From the IMG/VR virus record IMGVR_UViG_3300042520_000860, positions 1 to 64,000 of that record: a stretch of DNA of 64,000 bases. One strand, written 5' to 3'. Numbering within the stretch: the stretch's first letter is position 1; each line of letters starts with the position of its first letter. Positions 38,979 through 48,849 of this stretch are shown piece after piece. Below the pieces are notes generated by a model, which saw only the letters and a program-made list of their open reading frames with translations, did not search any database and was not told the DNA's origin. The position numbers and the translations under genes were made by a program. The DNA is from a virus.

Positions 38979-41843
38979 TTAAGCTATTTTTCTGGCAATG
39001 AGGTGCGCCCTTTTTCTCGTGCTAAGCGTAATAGGCGCGGCTGGAAGCGCGGGTTGTGTAATGAGAGTGGCTTGTGAAAACTCAATAGACAAAACCGTAC
39101 TAGCGGTAAGCACTTCAACAATACCAGTAATCTGCCTTCTTTGGTTCATGGTAGTGCTGCCTGTCACAGACCGTGAGAAAGTTTGAACGCTTTCAGAGCT
39201 GCTAACATTTCCCGTAGTAAGGTTTGATCCGTCAGCAGCGTAGTGCTCTACTAGCCCAAAGTGAACATTTGCAGATGCCCTAAGCGTGAATAGATAACCG
39301 CCGTGTCCAGTGGCGGAGGCAGTAGCTGCAATCAATGAATCAATTTGATAAGTGCCAACGGGAAGCGTGACGGAGGCTAGTGTGACGGGGGTAGTATTAG
39401 CCGAAACAACGTTATTGATATTAACGCTGGAGAAGGTGTTGCCTACTGTCCCAAGCCCATAACGAGCATCTCCTAACGCTCTAGTCATCACGCTTGTACC
39501 ATTAGTCGCAGCTTGGCCACTAAGCTCCATTTGACCGCTGAACGATTTATTACCACCAATAGAGGTTTGGTCTCCAGTCAGCATGACCGCTGAGTTATTC
39601 GTTGCAATGGTTCCACCAGTCGTCGGAAGGGTGAATGTCTGTGTGCTGGTCAGGCCGGACGGCGGATCAACTTGAGCGTGGAAAGAGTTGCCGCTTTGCT
39701 TTAGTCGCAAACCACCGTTAAACACATGTGTACCGAAAAACGTGGATGTTACGCCTGTTGTGCTAGTGCCAAAATTATTGTCGCCAGTGAACGTTTGGTC
39801 TCCGGCTCGCCGTGCAACGTTCGAGTTACAGGAAAGAGTGTTTGTTGCGGTGTTAAACGCCAAACCGTCCCCATTGACAAACGGAAGATGTGCAACCCAA
39901 ACCGCAGCGGTAGCCGTGGCGGCAGTGCATTCATAAGATGTTCCGTCATCTAAAACCCAAAGAGATCCGATAACAAAACCTTTTGTGCTGTCGTCAGTAG
40001 CCGTCGGTGCGATGTTCCGGCAACGGTCAACACGGCGAATGGTGAAGCCGTCCTGCTCCATTGTGTAAAGGCGACCGGCTTCCCACTTGAGTTCGTAGTC
40101 TAGCGAACATTTAAGAGCTACGCCTTTGTTGCCGTCAGCAGCGGTGGTTCCTTTCCTGACGCTTGCGGTGTTGTCGAATGTGAGCGCATCGCCTGAAAGG
40201 TGTGCTGAATTGGCTGTGATTGTTTCGGCGTGGAAGCCATTAGGCTCGACATACGCGTTTAAGCCCGTGTTTACGCCATCTTCTTTCTGTTGAACACCAA
40301 AGCCCCAGCCGCCGACCTCTGCGTCTGTGCTGAAGTCGTTGACATCAGGAGCTATGTCGAGCGTAATAACGGCACCAGTGTTCATTGCGCCGCCAGTAAG
40401 TGGCAGTTTGTCGTCGGCTGGCGTCGTGTTCTTCCATAACCCGTTAACCGAATCGTAAGTCAGGACTTGATTGTTCGACGGGCTTGAAATTTGCACGTTG
40501 TGCAATTCCTCAAGCTCGAAACCATTCTGCACTTTGACATAAATGCCATTGAGCGTGTTGCCATCAACCTTAGTCACATAGCCAATGAAGACCATGTGGT
40601 TCGGCGCGGCGGGTTTGTTCGCAACTTTGAAAACCATTGCGCCAGCCACGGTAGGAGAGAGCCATATTGGATCGCCTTCGATAATTCCGTGGCCACTTGT
40701 CAAAGCAATGCCAAGCCCAGTGATGCTTCCCTCAGTCAGTACATATCCAAAACCATTTGCGGCAAGAGATTGAATCGCCACGCCGATGGTCTTGCTTGAA
40801 GTCGCTTCACTGTTTGCAAGCGCAGGAGAGATGATTTTGTTTTCTCCAGCCGCGCCAGAGATGTAAACGACTGCGCCCTTTGTGATTGCTGTAGCGGCCT
40901 TCGCGTAAATTTCGATGTTCGACGCAGTAAGCGAACCATTCGCACCGCGAAGCGCAACAGTATCAGCGGCCACTCCAGTTGAACCAAGGCGTGCTTTTAC
41001 ATCGCCGCTTTCACCATACAAGAATCCTTCCATTGTAGTCTGCGTCGTGTCGCCGATGAGGTTAGGGCCACCGCTGATTTCACTGACTTCAAGGGTAGTT
41101 TCGATCCATTCCGCAGCACCAGCGGTGCTCGCTACACAACGATACGCCTCTTTGCCGATAACGTCGATCCAGAGTGAGCCGGGAGAATAACCAAGCAGTG
41201 TACCATCGTTTACATTCGGTGCGCGGTTACCATCCCACCTAGCTTTCGGAAAGCCTATGTTTTGCTGGGCGCGTTGTTGTTGTGAGAGACTGAGTGTTTG
41301 TGGAGTGTCGTAGCGGACAGCTCGCGTATTGAGCCAGCTTTCTGGCGAAGGGAGATTGATTGGCGTCGCTTCGTTGCCGCGAATCACATCATTGTTGACG
41401 ACAAAAAGGGCCTCGTTTTGAGTCGAGGCATAAGTAGTTCCGCCATCCCGCGTCCATGTGAGTTCCAGCATGCCGCTTACAGAGGCCACGTCAGCCTCAA
41501 GCGGAGCATTTACGCGCAACGCATCGTACAAGTCGAGGCCGTTGAGAGTGAAGTCAAGATTGTAACCATCAGCCGCCAACTGACTATTGACGTTCAGGGT
41601 TGCGTAAGCGTAAAGGAGTTGCGAGTCGTATTCGTTTATCGGCTTAACAGCCATCGTTAATACCGTGCCATTAGGAAGGGTGACTGGTAGACTAGCCGAA
41701 TCAAGAAATACCACGTTGAGTCTAACCGAATCACCGCGTTTGAAAGACAACCCGCTTCCAGATAACTGAAAGCCAGCGGTATCGGTAGTTGAAGAACCAA
41801 GTACCCCGTTAGCGTTTACATAGACTGTTTTTTTGATAATCAT
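38979..41843 (-). CDS. mosaic fibre-like structural protein
   Basis: BppU-like FKRGDS N-terminus; QQQRAQQNIG; two AP..DD..G(Y/F)..GSLW repeats; KLPLTGG; GDQT repeats. Confidence 0.7.
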   Translation of the reverse strand: MIIKKTVYVNANGVLGSSTTDTAGFQLSGSGLSFKRGDSVRLNVVFLDSASLPVTLPNGTVLTMAVKPINEYDSQLLYAYATLNVNSQLAADGYNLDFTLNGLDLYDALRVNAPLEADVASVSGMLELTWTRDGGTTYASTQNEALFVVNNDVIRGNEATPINLPSPESWLNTRAVRYDTPQTLSLSQQQRAQQNIGFPKARWDGNRAPNVNDGTLLGYSPGSLWIDVIGKEAYRCVASTAGAAEWIETTLEVSEISGGPNLIGDTTQTTMEGFLYGESGDVKARLGSTGVAADTVALRGANGSLTASNIEIYAKAATAITKGAVVYISGAAGENKIISPALANSEATSSKTIGVAIQSLAANGFGYVLTEGSITGLGIALTSGHGIIEGDPIWLSPTVAGAMVFKVANKPAAPNHMVFIGYVTKVDGNTLNGIYVKVQNGFELEELHNVQISSPSNNQVLTYDSVNGLWKNTTPADDKLPLTGGAMNTGAVITLDIAPDVNDFSTDAEVGGWGFGVQQKEDGVNTGLNAYVEPNGFHAETITANSAHLSGDALTFDNTASVRKGTTAADGNKGVALKCSLDYELKWEAGRLYTMEQDGFTIRRVDRCRNIAPTATDDSTKGFVIGSLWVLDDGTSYECTAATATAAVWVAHLPFVNGDGLAFNTATNTLSCNSNVARRAGDQTFTGDNNFGTSTTGVTSTFFGTHVFNGGLRLKQSGNSFHAQVDPPSGLTSTQTFTLPTTGGTIATNNSAVMLTGDQTSIGGNKSFSGQMELSGQAATNGTSVMTRALGDARYGLGTVGNTFSSVNINNVVSANTTPVTLASVTLPVGTYQIDSLIAATASATGHGGYLFTLRASANVHFGLVEHYAADGSNLTTGNVSSSESVQTFSRSVTGSTTMNQRRQITGIVEVLTASTVLSIEFSQATLITQPALPAAPITLSTRKRAHLIARKIA

Positions 41844-41871
41844 TGGAGCCGTGCCGCATCAAGGCACCGCA

Positions 41872-41900
41872 ACGCTGCCAAAGCATCCTCGACTTGTCAA
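41872..41900 (-). promoter_or_regulatory. promoter TTGACA-N17-CAGCGT
   Basis: Consensus -35, intergenic. Confidence 0.5.
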
Positions 41901-41909
41901 GATTAGCCA

Positions 41910-42257
41910 TTAACCTTTGCGCCGAATCTCGTCTGCGAGAGAACGAAACTCAGATGTTTGTTGCTCGGTGGCACGAATCAAACGCTCCCTGCTTTCTTGG
42001 ATGTTAGCGACCAGCTTATCCATCCGCGACTCATGTTCATCGCGATCCTTGATGCGGTCGGACATGCTTTGCTTGTAGGCGTTGTGAATAGAAACAAGCG
42101 CATACATTACCGCAATCAAAAACGCAACGGGCAGCCCCAGCGACGAAACCCACTCAGGCAATCCGGGCAAGGTAGCCGTGTCAGCCAGCAAAGTTGTGCC
42201 AGCGCAGACAATCGCTGCAATAGGCTTTCCAAAGTCTATGAGCATTTCCGATTGCAT
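41910..42257 (-). CDS. membrane protein with coiled coil (holin-like)
   Basis: SLGLPVAFLIAVMYAL TM segment followed by a coiled coil. Confidence 0.55.
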   Translation of the reverse strand: MQSEMLIDFGKPIAAIVCAGTTLLADTATLPGLPEWVSSLGLPVAFLIAVMYALVSIHNAYKQSMSDRIKDRDEHESRMDKLVANIQESRERLIRATEQQTSEFRSLADEIRRKG

Positions 42258-42262
42258 GAAGG

Positions 42263-43390
42263 TCAGGCGTTAATGGTCAACTGCTTGGCCGAGTGACGCT
42301 TGAACAATTTTGAGGCACTGCCCAAGTCGAGCGAGCGTGCTTGGAAAATCGCGTCAGGATTTGCAGGGATTGCAACTAGGCTGATCTCAAACAGATAGAC
42401 CTTTTCAATCGTGTGGCCATCGGGGCCGTAAAGGAACACCCCGCCCATGCTCAGAGTTTTGAGGTGGCCTTCCATAATCAGGAAGCGAATCGCGCGCAAC
42501 TCAGGCGCATTGCTTACCTTGCCGACCACGCGCAAGCCAATGTCGTCTTGCATCACTTCGGTGTAGCTCCCTGCGATGTTAGCCACGCTGTTTTTGTGGT
42601 CGGTCAGCATCACGGGGTTGCGCTTGAACTCACGAATTGTTTCGGTAAACGCACCGGGCATTACGGTATCACCATCGCGGTCTTTGGCAGTGACATTGGC
42701 AAAGGTCGAACCATAGCCCGCAATCATCACGTCTGAGTAGTCCACTACGCGGTTGGATTGATCCTTCACCGCCACGCCCTTGGTTCCGTCCTGAAGTAAC
42801 GCCTCATTGGTTTGCCAAGCGGACATCTTGCGTTCGACATACGGCGCATCGAAAGGGGTGAGGCGGTCAGCGGCAAGCTCAACCGTAGAATCGCTGGCCA
42901 GTAGCAAACCATTTTCATCGGGAATAGCCAAGCGGACTGAAGCCACGTCATTTGCAAGGTTTGCAATTACGCCAGCGACTTTGACGCCGTCGTGCTCAAA
43001 CATCACTGCTTTGCCCTCGGCCAGCGCAGGAGTAAGTGCGGCTTGATTGGTTTGGGCAATCGCGGGAGAATCGACCTTGGTCAGCCCAGCAAGGTAGAAA
43101 CCAAGAGCTTGGCCAGTGAAGCCCCCGTCTTTCCATACCGAAACCAAGGCCACGGGATTGTCAGGCGCTGCGTCGAGCTTGGTATCGCCAAAGTTGAGCG
43201 TTCCTTCAGGCATGATGTGGTCAATGCGACCAATCAACTCATCGCCCCACGACACGAAATCGCCTTCTTTCAAGGGCGCGGCGGGTGGCGGCTCGATAAG
43301 CAGATCCTTTTGGCGCGGCGATTCGCGTTGCTTTACAAGATTGAACTTGAAAGCTGGGGCTGGTTTGTCGGCGAGAAACTTGAACGGCAT
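42263..43390 (-). CDS. HK97-family prohead protease with N-terminal extension
   Basis: IAGYGSTF, DRDGD, PVMLTDH, LSMGG, LFEISLVAIPANPDA. Confidence 0.9.
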   Translation of the reverse strand: MPFKFLADKPAPAFKFNLVKQRESPRQKDLLIEPPPAAPLKEGDFVSWGDELIGRIDHIMPEGTLNFGDTKLDAAPDNPVALVSVWKDGGFTGQALGFYLAGLTKVDSPAIAQTNQAALTPALAEGKAVMFEHDGVKVAGVIANLANDVASVRLAIPDENGLLLASDSTVELAADRLTPFDAPYVERKMSAWQTNEALLQDGTKGVAVKDQSNRVVDYSDVMIAGYGSTFANVTAKDRDGDTVMPGAFTETIREFKRNPVMLTDHKNSVANIAGSYTEVMQDDIGLRVVGKVSNAPELRAIRFLIMEGHLKTLSMGGVFLYGPDGHTIEKVYLFEISLVAIPANPDAIFQARSLDLGSASKLFKRHSAKQLTINA

Positions 43391-43397
43391 GCCGCAA

Positions 43398-43426
43398 ACA
43401 CTGGCAGCTCAATCGGCTGATGTCAA
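43398..43426 (-). promoter_or_regulatory. promoter TTGACA-N17-CAGTGT (leaderless)
   Basis: 7 nt before ATG 43390. Confidence 0.5.
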
Positions 43427-43434
43427 GCCAAGGT

Positions 43435-43731
43435 CTAGCCTAGCTCGTCGTCGGGCAACTCTTCAGGCGTTACGTCTGGTTCGATCTCTTTGACGTCAAA
43501 CACCGAGCTTTCTTGCAAACCAAGTTCATGCGCAAGTCCACGTACTACGTCGATTGAGAATCCATTCTTCGTGCGTCTACGATTGACCGCGCCCGAAATG
43601 AACTCAACGGCGATCATTCGGTCTTCTTCGGTCGCCCCATGAACATGCAAGAACTCACAAACGTCGGGTGCCACGCGAATGTGCGCTATTCCAGCAACCT
43701 TACATTCTACGATTCCATAGTTTATGTTCAT
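43435..43731 (-). CDS. small acidic protein, candidate immunity protein for the MuF toxin
   Basis: ATGA-coupled directly behind the toxin gene. Confidence 0.4.
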   Translation of the reverse strand: MNINYGIVECKVAGIAHIRVAPDVCEFLHVHGATEEDRMIAVEFISGAVNRRRTKNGFSIDVVRGLAHELGLQESSVFDVKEIEPDVTPEELPDDELG

Positions 43732-46712
43732 TTCAAGTTATTGAGGTGTTTCAAAACGTGCGCAAAATGCTCTGGGTCATCTCTCAGGAACGAAGATGGC
43801 TGGTGAAGCATACGCTCTATGCCCATCGTAAGGATTTCATTTGATAACCGACCATAATCTCGACCGGTGTAAATGTGTCCACCTCGCTTTTCCCATTCAT
43901 CCTTGAAGTACCGCTCAGTACCGCGACCTTTTCGTGTCACAGACTGTTTTCCGCCAGCCCGTTTGTACAGATACCTGCTTCCCTCTGCTTTAATATCCAT
44001 AAATGTATTTTCTAGTGCATGTCCCAATTCGTGCATGATTGTCGTTCCGGGAGCCGCCCCATCTGCGGCAATTTTTATCATTCTAGTATCATTGTTGTAA
44101 CTACCTCGTTTAATAGAACTCGACACCTGAACAGTAATTCCTCGCGCACTCATTTTATCAAGAGCAGCTTGCGGAATCATTCGCTCAAACAATTCCACTC
44201 CTTTCTTGATTTCATCTAAAGTAGATTGCCTGACACCTTTAGCGTTTAAAGTGAAGCGCAACTTCTTGTCCGCTGCGACTGGAGGTCTGAATAGCTGCTC
44301 ACGAATTAAATCATCTGTCGAAGGAGTGGGATTGTAAGGCGCGGAGGCATACCCCGCCATGGATACTTCTCCCGCGCCTTGACGTATTTTTGACTCTGCC
44401 AGCATAAGCGACTTATTCTTTGCCTGATAAGCATCAAACGCGGAGATGACCTCCTTAGGCGTTTCAGGCTTCCAATCACGAGTGTCATAGTCGAAGTATT
44501 GCATCAGTTTTGCAGGTTCATACTCTCGATCCAGTGCTTGAATCGCTTCGCGAACGTCGTTTGCGTTTTTGAACACTGCGCGCTCAGTTGTGGCAGTGGC
44601 TTGAACCGTTATTGGTTGATTGACGAGGGTATTCAGCTTATTGATTGTCTCGTCTATTGACAAGCCTCTAGCGACTACTGGGTTATCGTTAACTTTAACG
44701 GCGGGAACTTTTGATACCCTGACATACTTAACAGCTGGTCGAGTAGGCTTAGGCGCAACGGCTGGCTTTGGAGCGGGTAGTGCGGCAGGGGCTGGTACTG
44801 GGTCTGGAACGATAGGCGCAGGAATGACTGCCACATCATCCACCTCTACGCGAAGTTTTACTACGTCCCCTTCTTTGCCAAGAAACACGAACCTCCGACC
44901 CCGTGGCAGAAGAACTTCCTTTTGATAGGCGAAGTAGCCCTCGCCTTGTGCCCATAGCGGCAGTCCCGACATCCCTTCGCCCATTTCTATCTCTAACACC
45001 ACAGGCTTGAGATTCCTCTCGGCAAGCTCATCTATCAAAGCGTCGCGAGCAGCTGCAGTTGACGAGGTTGAAACGAATCCTTTGTCAACCCACTCATTCT
45101 TGCCACTGTAGAAACTCTCAAAGTCGTCCTCGTCAATAACTCGATAGACCTTAGTGCCCTTCGGTATGGCGGGTGCTTTGGCAAAGATGTTGTCGAGGTC
45201 GTCGATAAGTTCCGCGTCTACCGACCGAAGCGGCGTGCCGCGCCTGAGGGGGTCGTTCACCATGCGTGAATCACCGACATAATCTTGAAGCGCATCCTTT
45301 TGCTTCTGGGTCAACGATTTGTTGAACTCGTCAACATCACTCCATGTACTCCAAGCGGGGCTTGGGCTTGGCGTAGGTGAAGAATCGGCAATCGACGCAA
45401 CAGGCGGTGCAAAGGGAGTCGCGGGTACTGGATCGGGAATGATAGGCGCAAGTACTGGCGTTGGAGCAATAGCGGGCACTGGATCAACAACCGCAGGGAT
45501 CGGCACTGGCGCGGGCGTTGGCTTTGGCGCGACTACTGGTTTTGGTTTTGGCGTTGGCTTTGGTTTGACTGGAACCATTGGCGCGGCAGCGGGAAGCGGT
45601 GGCGTAGGCGGCAAAGGCTTCGGTGCAATCGGCGCGGCGGGTGGTTGCGGTGGCTCAGGCGGTTTCGGTGGTTTGGGCGGGCCGCCATCGGAAACAAACG
45701 CAGGCACAGGACGACCGCGATCTTCCCATGTACCAATACCTTCGCCGCCTTTCAACGGTAGCGATGGCGTGCTTCCATTCTCTTGACGGAAGCCACTGGC
45801 CGTAAGAGCGCCCGTGTGATTGATGTGGAACTGCAAGTCGCCTGAGTATTCAATCGGCACGTTCTTGATGTTGCAGGTAGGAGTGCCACGAAAGGTGGGG
45901 ATTCCTTGCTCGATTGCTTCGCATCCTGACACGCTAACATGCGTCACGGTTCCGCTGTCCTTCATAGAACGAATCGCTGCTCTATCTGCGGCGCGACCAA
46001 GCTCAGTGCGAACGATGGTCGGGACACGGTTAGTCGCAATCTGAGGGATCTTTGTGCGAATCTCTTCCATCAACTCACCGGGACTTTTGCCGCCGTCAAT
46101 GCCCTTTGAAATCAGCCTAGCGAGTCTGCTTTGCGTGGTCTTGTTGATACCAGACACATCCTTGGCGATTTCGCTGATGGATTGTTGCATGACGCGCTTT
46201 GCTGGCACGGAGGGTTTTCCGCCAGTAAGGAGCATGGTTGATTTTTCATGGATGTCGTCAGCGACAGATTGCATCACTGGCTGAATTGTAGCCTCGGCAT
46301 CTTTGCCGAGAATGCGGAACGCTTGGTTTAACGCTTGCACCCACAACTCGGAGTGCTGATCTGCCTGAACGGTAATGGTAACCGCTTTGGCTTGTCGCGT
46401 TGCCGAAACGCCAGCCATCCGAATCAATGACGACTCGAATAGTTCAAGAACCTTCTCCACTTGGCGGCGCATCACTACGGTGAGTGATTTGGTAAGCAGA
46501 CGGGTGCCTTTGATCTTGGCGGCACGTTGGACATTGAGCAGGTCTTTGGTCAGTTGCACGCCATTGCGCGTCATGAAAGACTCCATCGTCCATCCGCCAT
46601 CAGGTAGCTTGCTTTTTGCAACTTTTGCAAATAACTTAGACGGCGAAACAAAGTGCCTGCAACCGCAAGTCGGCTTCGTCCGCGTCAAAGGCAAGGTGCG
46701 TTGATACCTCAT
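43728..46712 (-). CDS. MuF minor head protein fused to ADP-ribosyltransferase and HExxH metallopeptidase domains
   Basis: TIVRTELGRA and HINHT MuF motifs; Pro-rich linkers; YR...GFVSTS...QKEVLLPRG; MHELGHALE...EILTMG. Confidence 0.8.
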   Translation of the reverse strand: MRYQRTLPLTRTKPTCGCRHFVSPSKLFAKVAKSKLPDGGWTMESFMTRNGVQLTKDLLNVQRAAKIKGTRLLTKSLTVVMRRQVEKVLELFESSLIRMAGVSATRQAKAVTITVQADQHSELWVQALNQAFRILGKDAEATIQPVMQSVADDIHEKSTMLLTGGKPSVPAKRVMQQSISEIAKDVSGINKTTQSRLARLISKGIDGGKSPGELMEEIRTKIPQIATNRVPTIVRTELGRAADRAAIRSMKDSGTVTHVSVSGCEAIEQGIPTFRGTPTCNIKNVPIEYSGDLQFHINHTGALTASGFRQENGSTPSLPLKGGEGIGTWEDRGRPVPAFVSDGGPPKPPKPPEPPQPPAAPIAPKPLPPTPPLPAAAPMVPVKPKPTPKPKPVVAPKPTPAPVPIPAVVDPVPAIAPTPVLAPIIPDPVPATPFAPPVASIADSSPTPSPSPAWSTWSDVDEFNKSLTQKQKDALQDYVGDSRMVNDPLRRGTPLRSVDAELIDDLDNIFAKAPAIPKGTKVYRVIDEDDFESFYSGKNEWVDKGFVSTSSTAAARDALIDELAERNLKPVVLEIEMGEGMSGLPLWAQGEGYFAYQKEVLLPRGRRFVFLGKEGDVVKLRVEVDDVAVIPAPIVPDPVPAPAALPAPKPAVAPKPTRPAVKYVRVSKVPAVKVNDNPVVARGLSIDETINKLNTLVNQPITVQATATTERAVFKNANDVREAIQALDREYEPAKLMQYFDYDTRDWKPETPKEVISAFDAYQAKNKSLMLAESKIRQGAGEVSMAGYASAPYNPTPSTDDLIREQLFRPPVAADKKLRFTLNAKGVRQSTLDEIKKGVELFERMIPQAALDKMSARGITVQVSSSIKRGSYNNDTRMIKIAADGAAPGTTIMHELGHALENTFMDIKAEGSRYLYKRAGGKQSVTRKGRGTERYFKDEWEKRGGHIYTGRDYGRLSNEILTMGIERMLHQPSSFLRDDPEHFAHVLKHLNNLK

Positions 46713-46715
46713 AGG

Positions 46716-48035
46716 TCATAGCGACTGCGGCGACTCAGCGGTTCCATTCATGCCAGCAACCGCCAGCGGAACCAGCCCACTCTCGATAAAGAATTGATCC
46801 AAGTAAGGGTCGTCAATCCGTTGCAATCCAGCTTTCTCACGAAGTTCGTTCGGGGTCATTGCGCCGATCTTAACCATCGGGCCGTAATCCTTGAGCGTCT
46901 GCTCAACGTCGATCAGGCCAGACATGCTGTAATCGTAGCACAGGTTTTCTCCGTAGGCTTTAGCAATTCCGCCAGCCATGTTGATGCGGCCAATCAATAA
47001 GTCAAGCAACGGCACGCACTCGTACTTGCGGAAGTTGATGTCATCCTGCCTAGCGGTTGCGTAGTTTGCCGCGCCAGCAATACCAGCAACAGAAAGCGGA
47101 ACGCCGTGGATGAGGAAGATTTGTTCAACCGTCCATTTCTCACGCTCAATCGCTTGCATCTCCTGCATCGTCAGGCCGAGCTTATGGTATGACCAGTCTC
47201 CGTTCAGGAAAGCAGTCTTACCTGCGTTGCGACGACCACCGTATTCCGAGTTGAACTTTTGTCGAAACGCTTTCCATGCGCCTTCATCTTCAACAACGTC
47301 TTTCTTAGTCAGAATACCAGACGGCATTGCGCCATTCTCAAGGAACTTTTCATCCAGAGCATTGCGGTTGATGTAGGCCGAGAGCGTGTCCTGCGATGGT
47401 TCGACGTCGCCAAGTCCCATGATGAGATTGTTAGGATGCGGGCGTCGGAACTGGAGGATTTCCTCAGGCTTTAACGCAATCGTTTGGCCGTTGATCTTGT
47501 ACTTCCAACCCTTGATTTTGATCTTTGGGTCAGGGTCTGCCTCGATGTACTGAGGAAGTAAGGGGAAGATTGCTTTTGGTTGGCCAGCGCCATTAGGCTC
47601 GTCTTTCAGCCAATAGGCAGTACCCGTCAACTTCATGTGGAATGTCCACATGTAAATCAATTCTTCCCATGAGTCGAATGGGTTAGGCGTTGACAGGAAC
47701 ATTGCCAACGGGTGCGTATCAGGCAGGAGCTGGTCTTCGGACTCACCCACCCCAAGTTGAATTGCTTGGACTTTTGCGGAGACGAGGACGTTGGCGACCA
47801 AGTGACAAGCGCGGAACGAAGCCCAGACCTTTTTGCTACCGACGTCGAGGAAGGATTGGAAGTCGGCTAACTTGGAAATAGTGACGCCTACGCGTTGTTC
47901 AATGAAGTTGCGCTCCTTTACATTCGGGATGCGAGAGAGGACAGTTTTCTCGGCAACGCTGAACAACTCTTTTCGATCATTGTAGCTGAGGTCTGAGAGT
48001 TTGGCTGGCGTATTCTTAAAGATCCAGAATGGCAT
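46716..48035 (-). CDS. portal protein, HK97 family
   Basis: PNPF, LTGTAY, FLENGAMPSGIL, NAGKT, MTPNELR. Confidence 0.92.
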   Translation of the reverse strand: MPFWIFKNTPAKLSDLSYNDRKELFSVAEKTVLSRIPNVKERNFIEQRVGVTISKLADFQSFLDVGSKKVWASFRACHLVANVLVSAKVQAIQLGVGESEDQLLPDTHPLAMFLSTPNPFDSWEELIYMWTFHMKLTGTAYWLKDEPNGAGQPKAIFPLLPQYIEADPDPKIKIKGWKYKINGQTIALKPEEILQFRRPHPNNLIMGLGDVEPSQDTLSAYINRNALDEKFLENGAMPSGILTKKDVVEDEGAWKAFRQKFNSEYGGRRNAGKTAFLNGDWSYHKLGLTMQEMQAIEREKWTVEQIFLIHGVPLSVAGIAGAANYATARQDDINFRKYECVPLLDLLIGRINMAGGIAKAYGENLCYDYSMSGLIDVEQTLKDYGPMVKIGAMTPNELREKAGLQRIDDPYLDQFFIESGLVPLAVAGMNGTAESPQSL

Positions 48036-48078
48036 TGCGCGAAATGGTTAAGGTCGTTTTTCAACTATCAGTAGTTTC

Positions 48079-48846
48079 TCAGTCCTTTGGGAAGGCAACG
48101 TCCTCAACTGGCTTGGCAGCGGGAACGGTTTTCTTTCCGCAGCCACCGCATCCACCGCCTTCAGCAGTTCGGGTTAGATTTGGTTCTCGCGTCCACACGG
48201 GTTGAGTCTTGAGTCGGTTGACATCTTCAATCAGCAATTCGGTAAGCGGCGCTTTGAACTCATTAGCGACGTAGCGAACCTCACGAGACCGAATCATATC
48301 GAAGTTGAGTGCATTCAACCCGCGCTCAAAGTTCTTATGAGCGTTGGCGAACTCGGCAAGCGTCGTAAACGCAACGACAAGGTCAGGGTCACCGCTCAAG
48401 TAGTCGATCTGAGACTTGAAGATTGTCGGCCATTCGTTAGCAGTTTTGAACCATTCAATCGCTCCTTCGGTTGCGCTGGTTAGCGTATTGAAGTCAGACA
48501 AGTAAATTGCCAAGTCCTCAAATGCGCTGCCGCCATAGTCGGCAATCTCTTGCTTGGTAAATTCATCGAATGACTTGCTGATAGTGAGACTGATTGCACT
48601 CACGAATCGCTCCAACGGATTACGAACCGCTACCATTACCGAATAACCTTCGAACTGCGGGGGCAACGCGCCTTCGCTTTTCAAATCGGCGGCGGTTGCA
48701 AACCTTGCAAAACCTTCAATCGGCTCTGCTTGCAACATGTCGGCCACGGAGAAGTTGGCACAACGCGGGTTCTCTATGAGAATGAGCTTATGTAAGTGAC
48801 TTACTTGCATGGACGTGACGGTGACAGGATTCTCAGGAAGTTGCAA
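48079..48846 (-). CDS. sulfotransferase family 2-like protein (degenerate 5'-PSB loop)
   Basis: KLILIENPRCANFSV and VRNPLERFVSA motifs. Confidence 0.55.
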   Translation of the reverse strand: MQLPENPVTVTSMQVSHLHKLILIENPRCANFSVADMLQAEPIEGFARFATAADLKSEGALPPQFEGYSVMVAVRNPLERFVSAISLTISKSFDEFTKQEIADYGGSAFEDLAIYLSDFNTLTSATEGAIEWFKTANEWPTIFKSQIDYLSGDPDLVVAFTTLAEFANAHKNFERGLNALNFDMIRSREVRYVANEFKAPLTELLIEDVNRLKTQPVWTREPNLTRTAEGGGCGGCGKKTVPAAKPVEDVAFPKD

Positions 48847-48849
48847 GTA

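Noticed and set aside
45330-45690. Gly-rich + strand ORF or collagen-like repeat
   Set aside because: It is the reverse complement of the Pro/Ala linker of the MuF protein.
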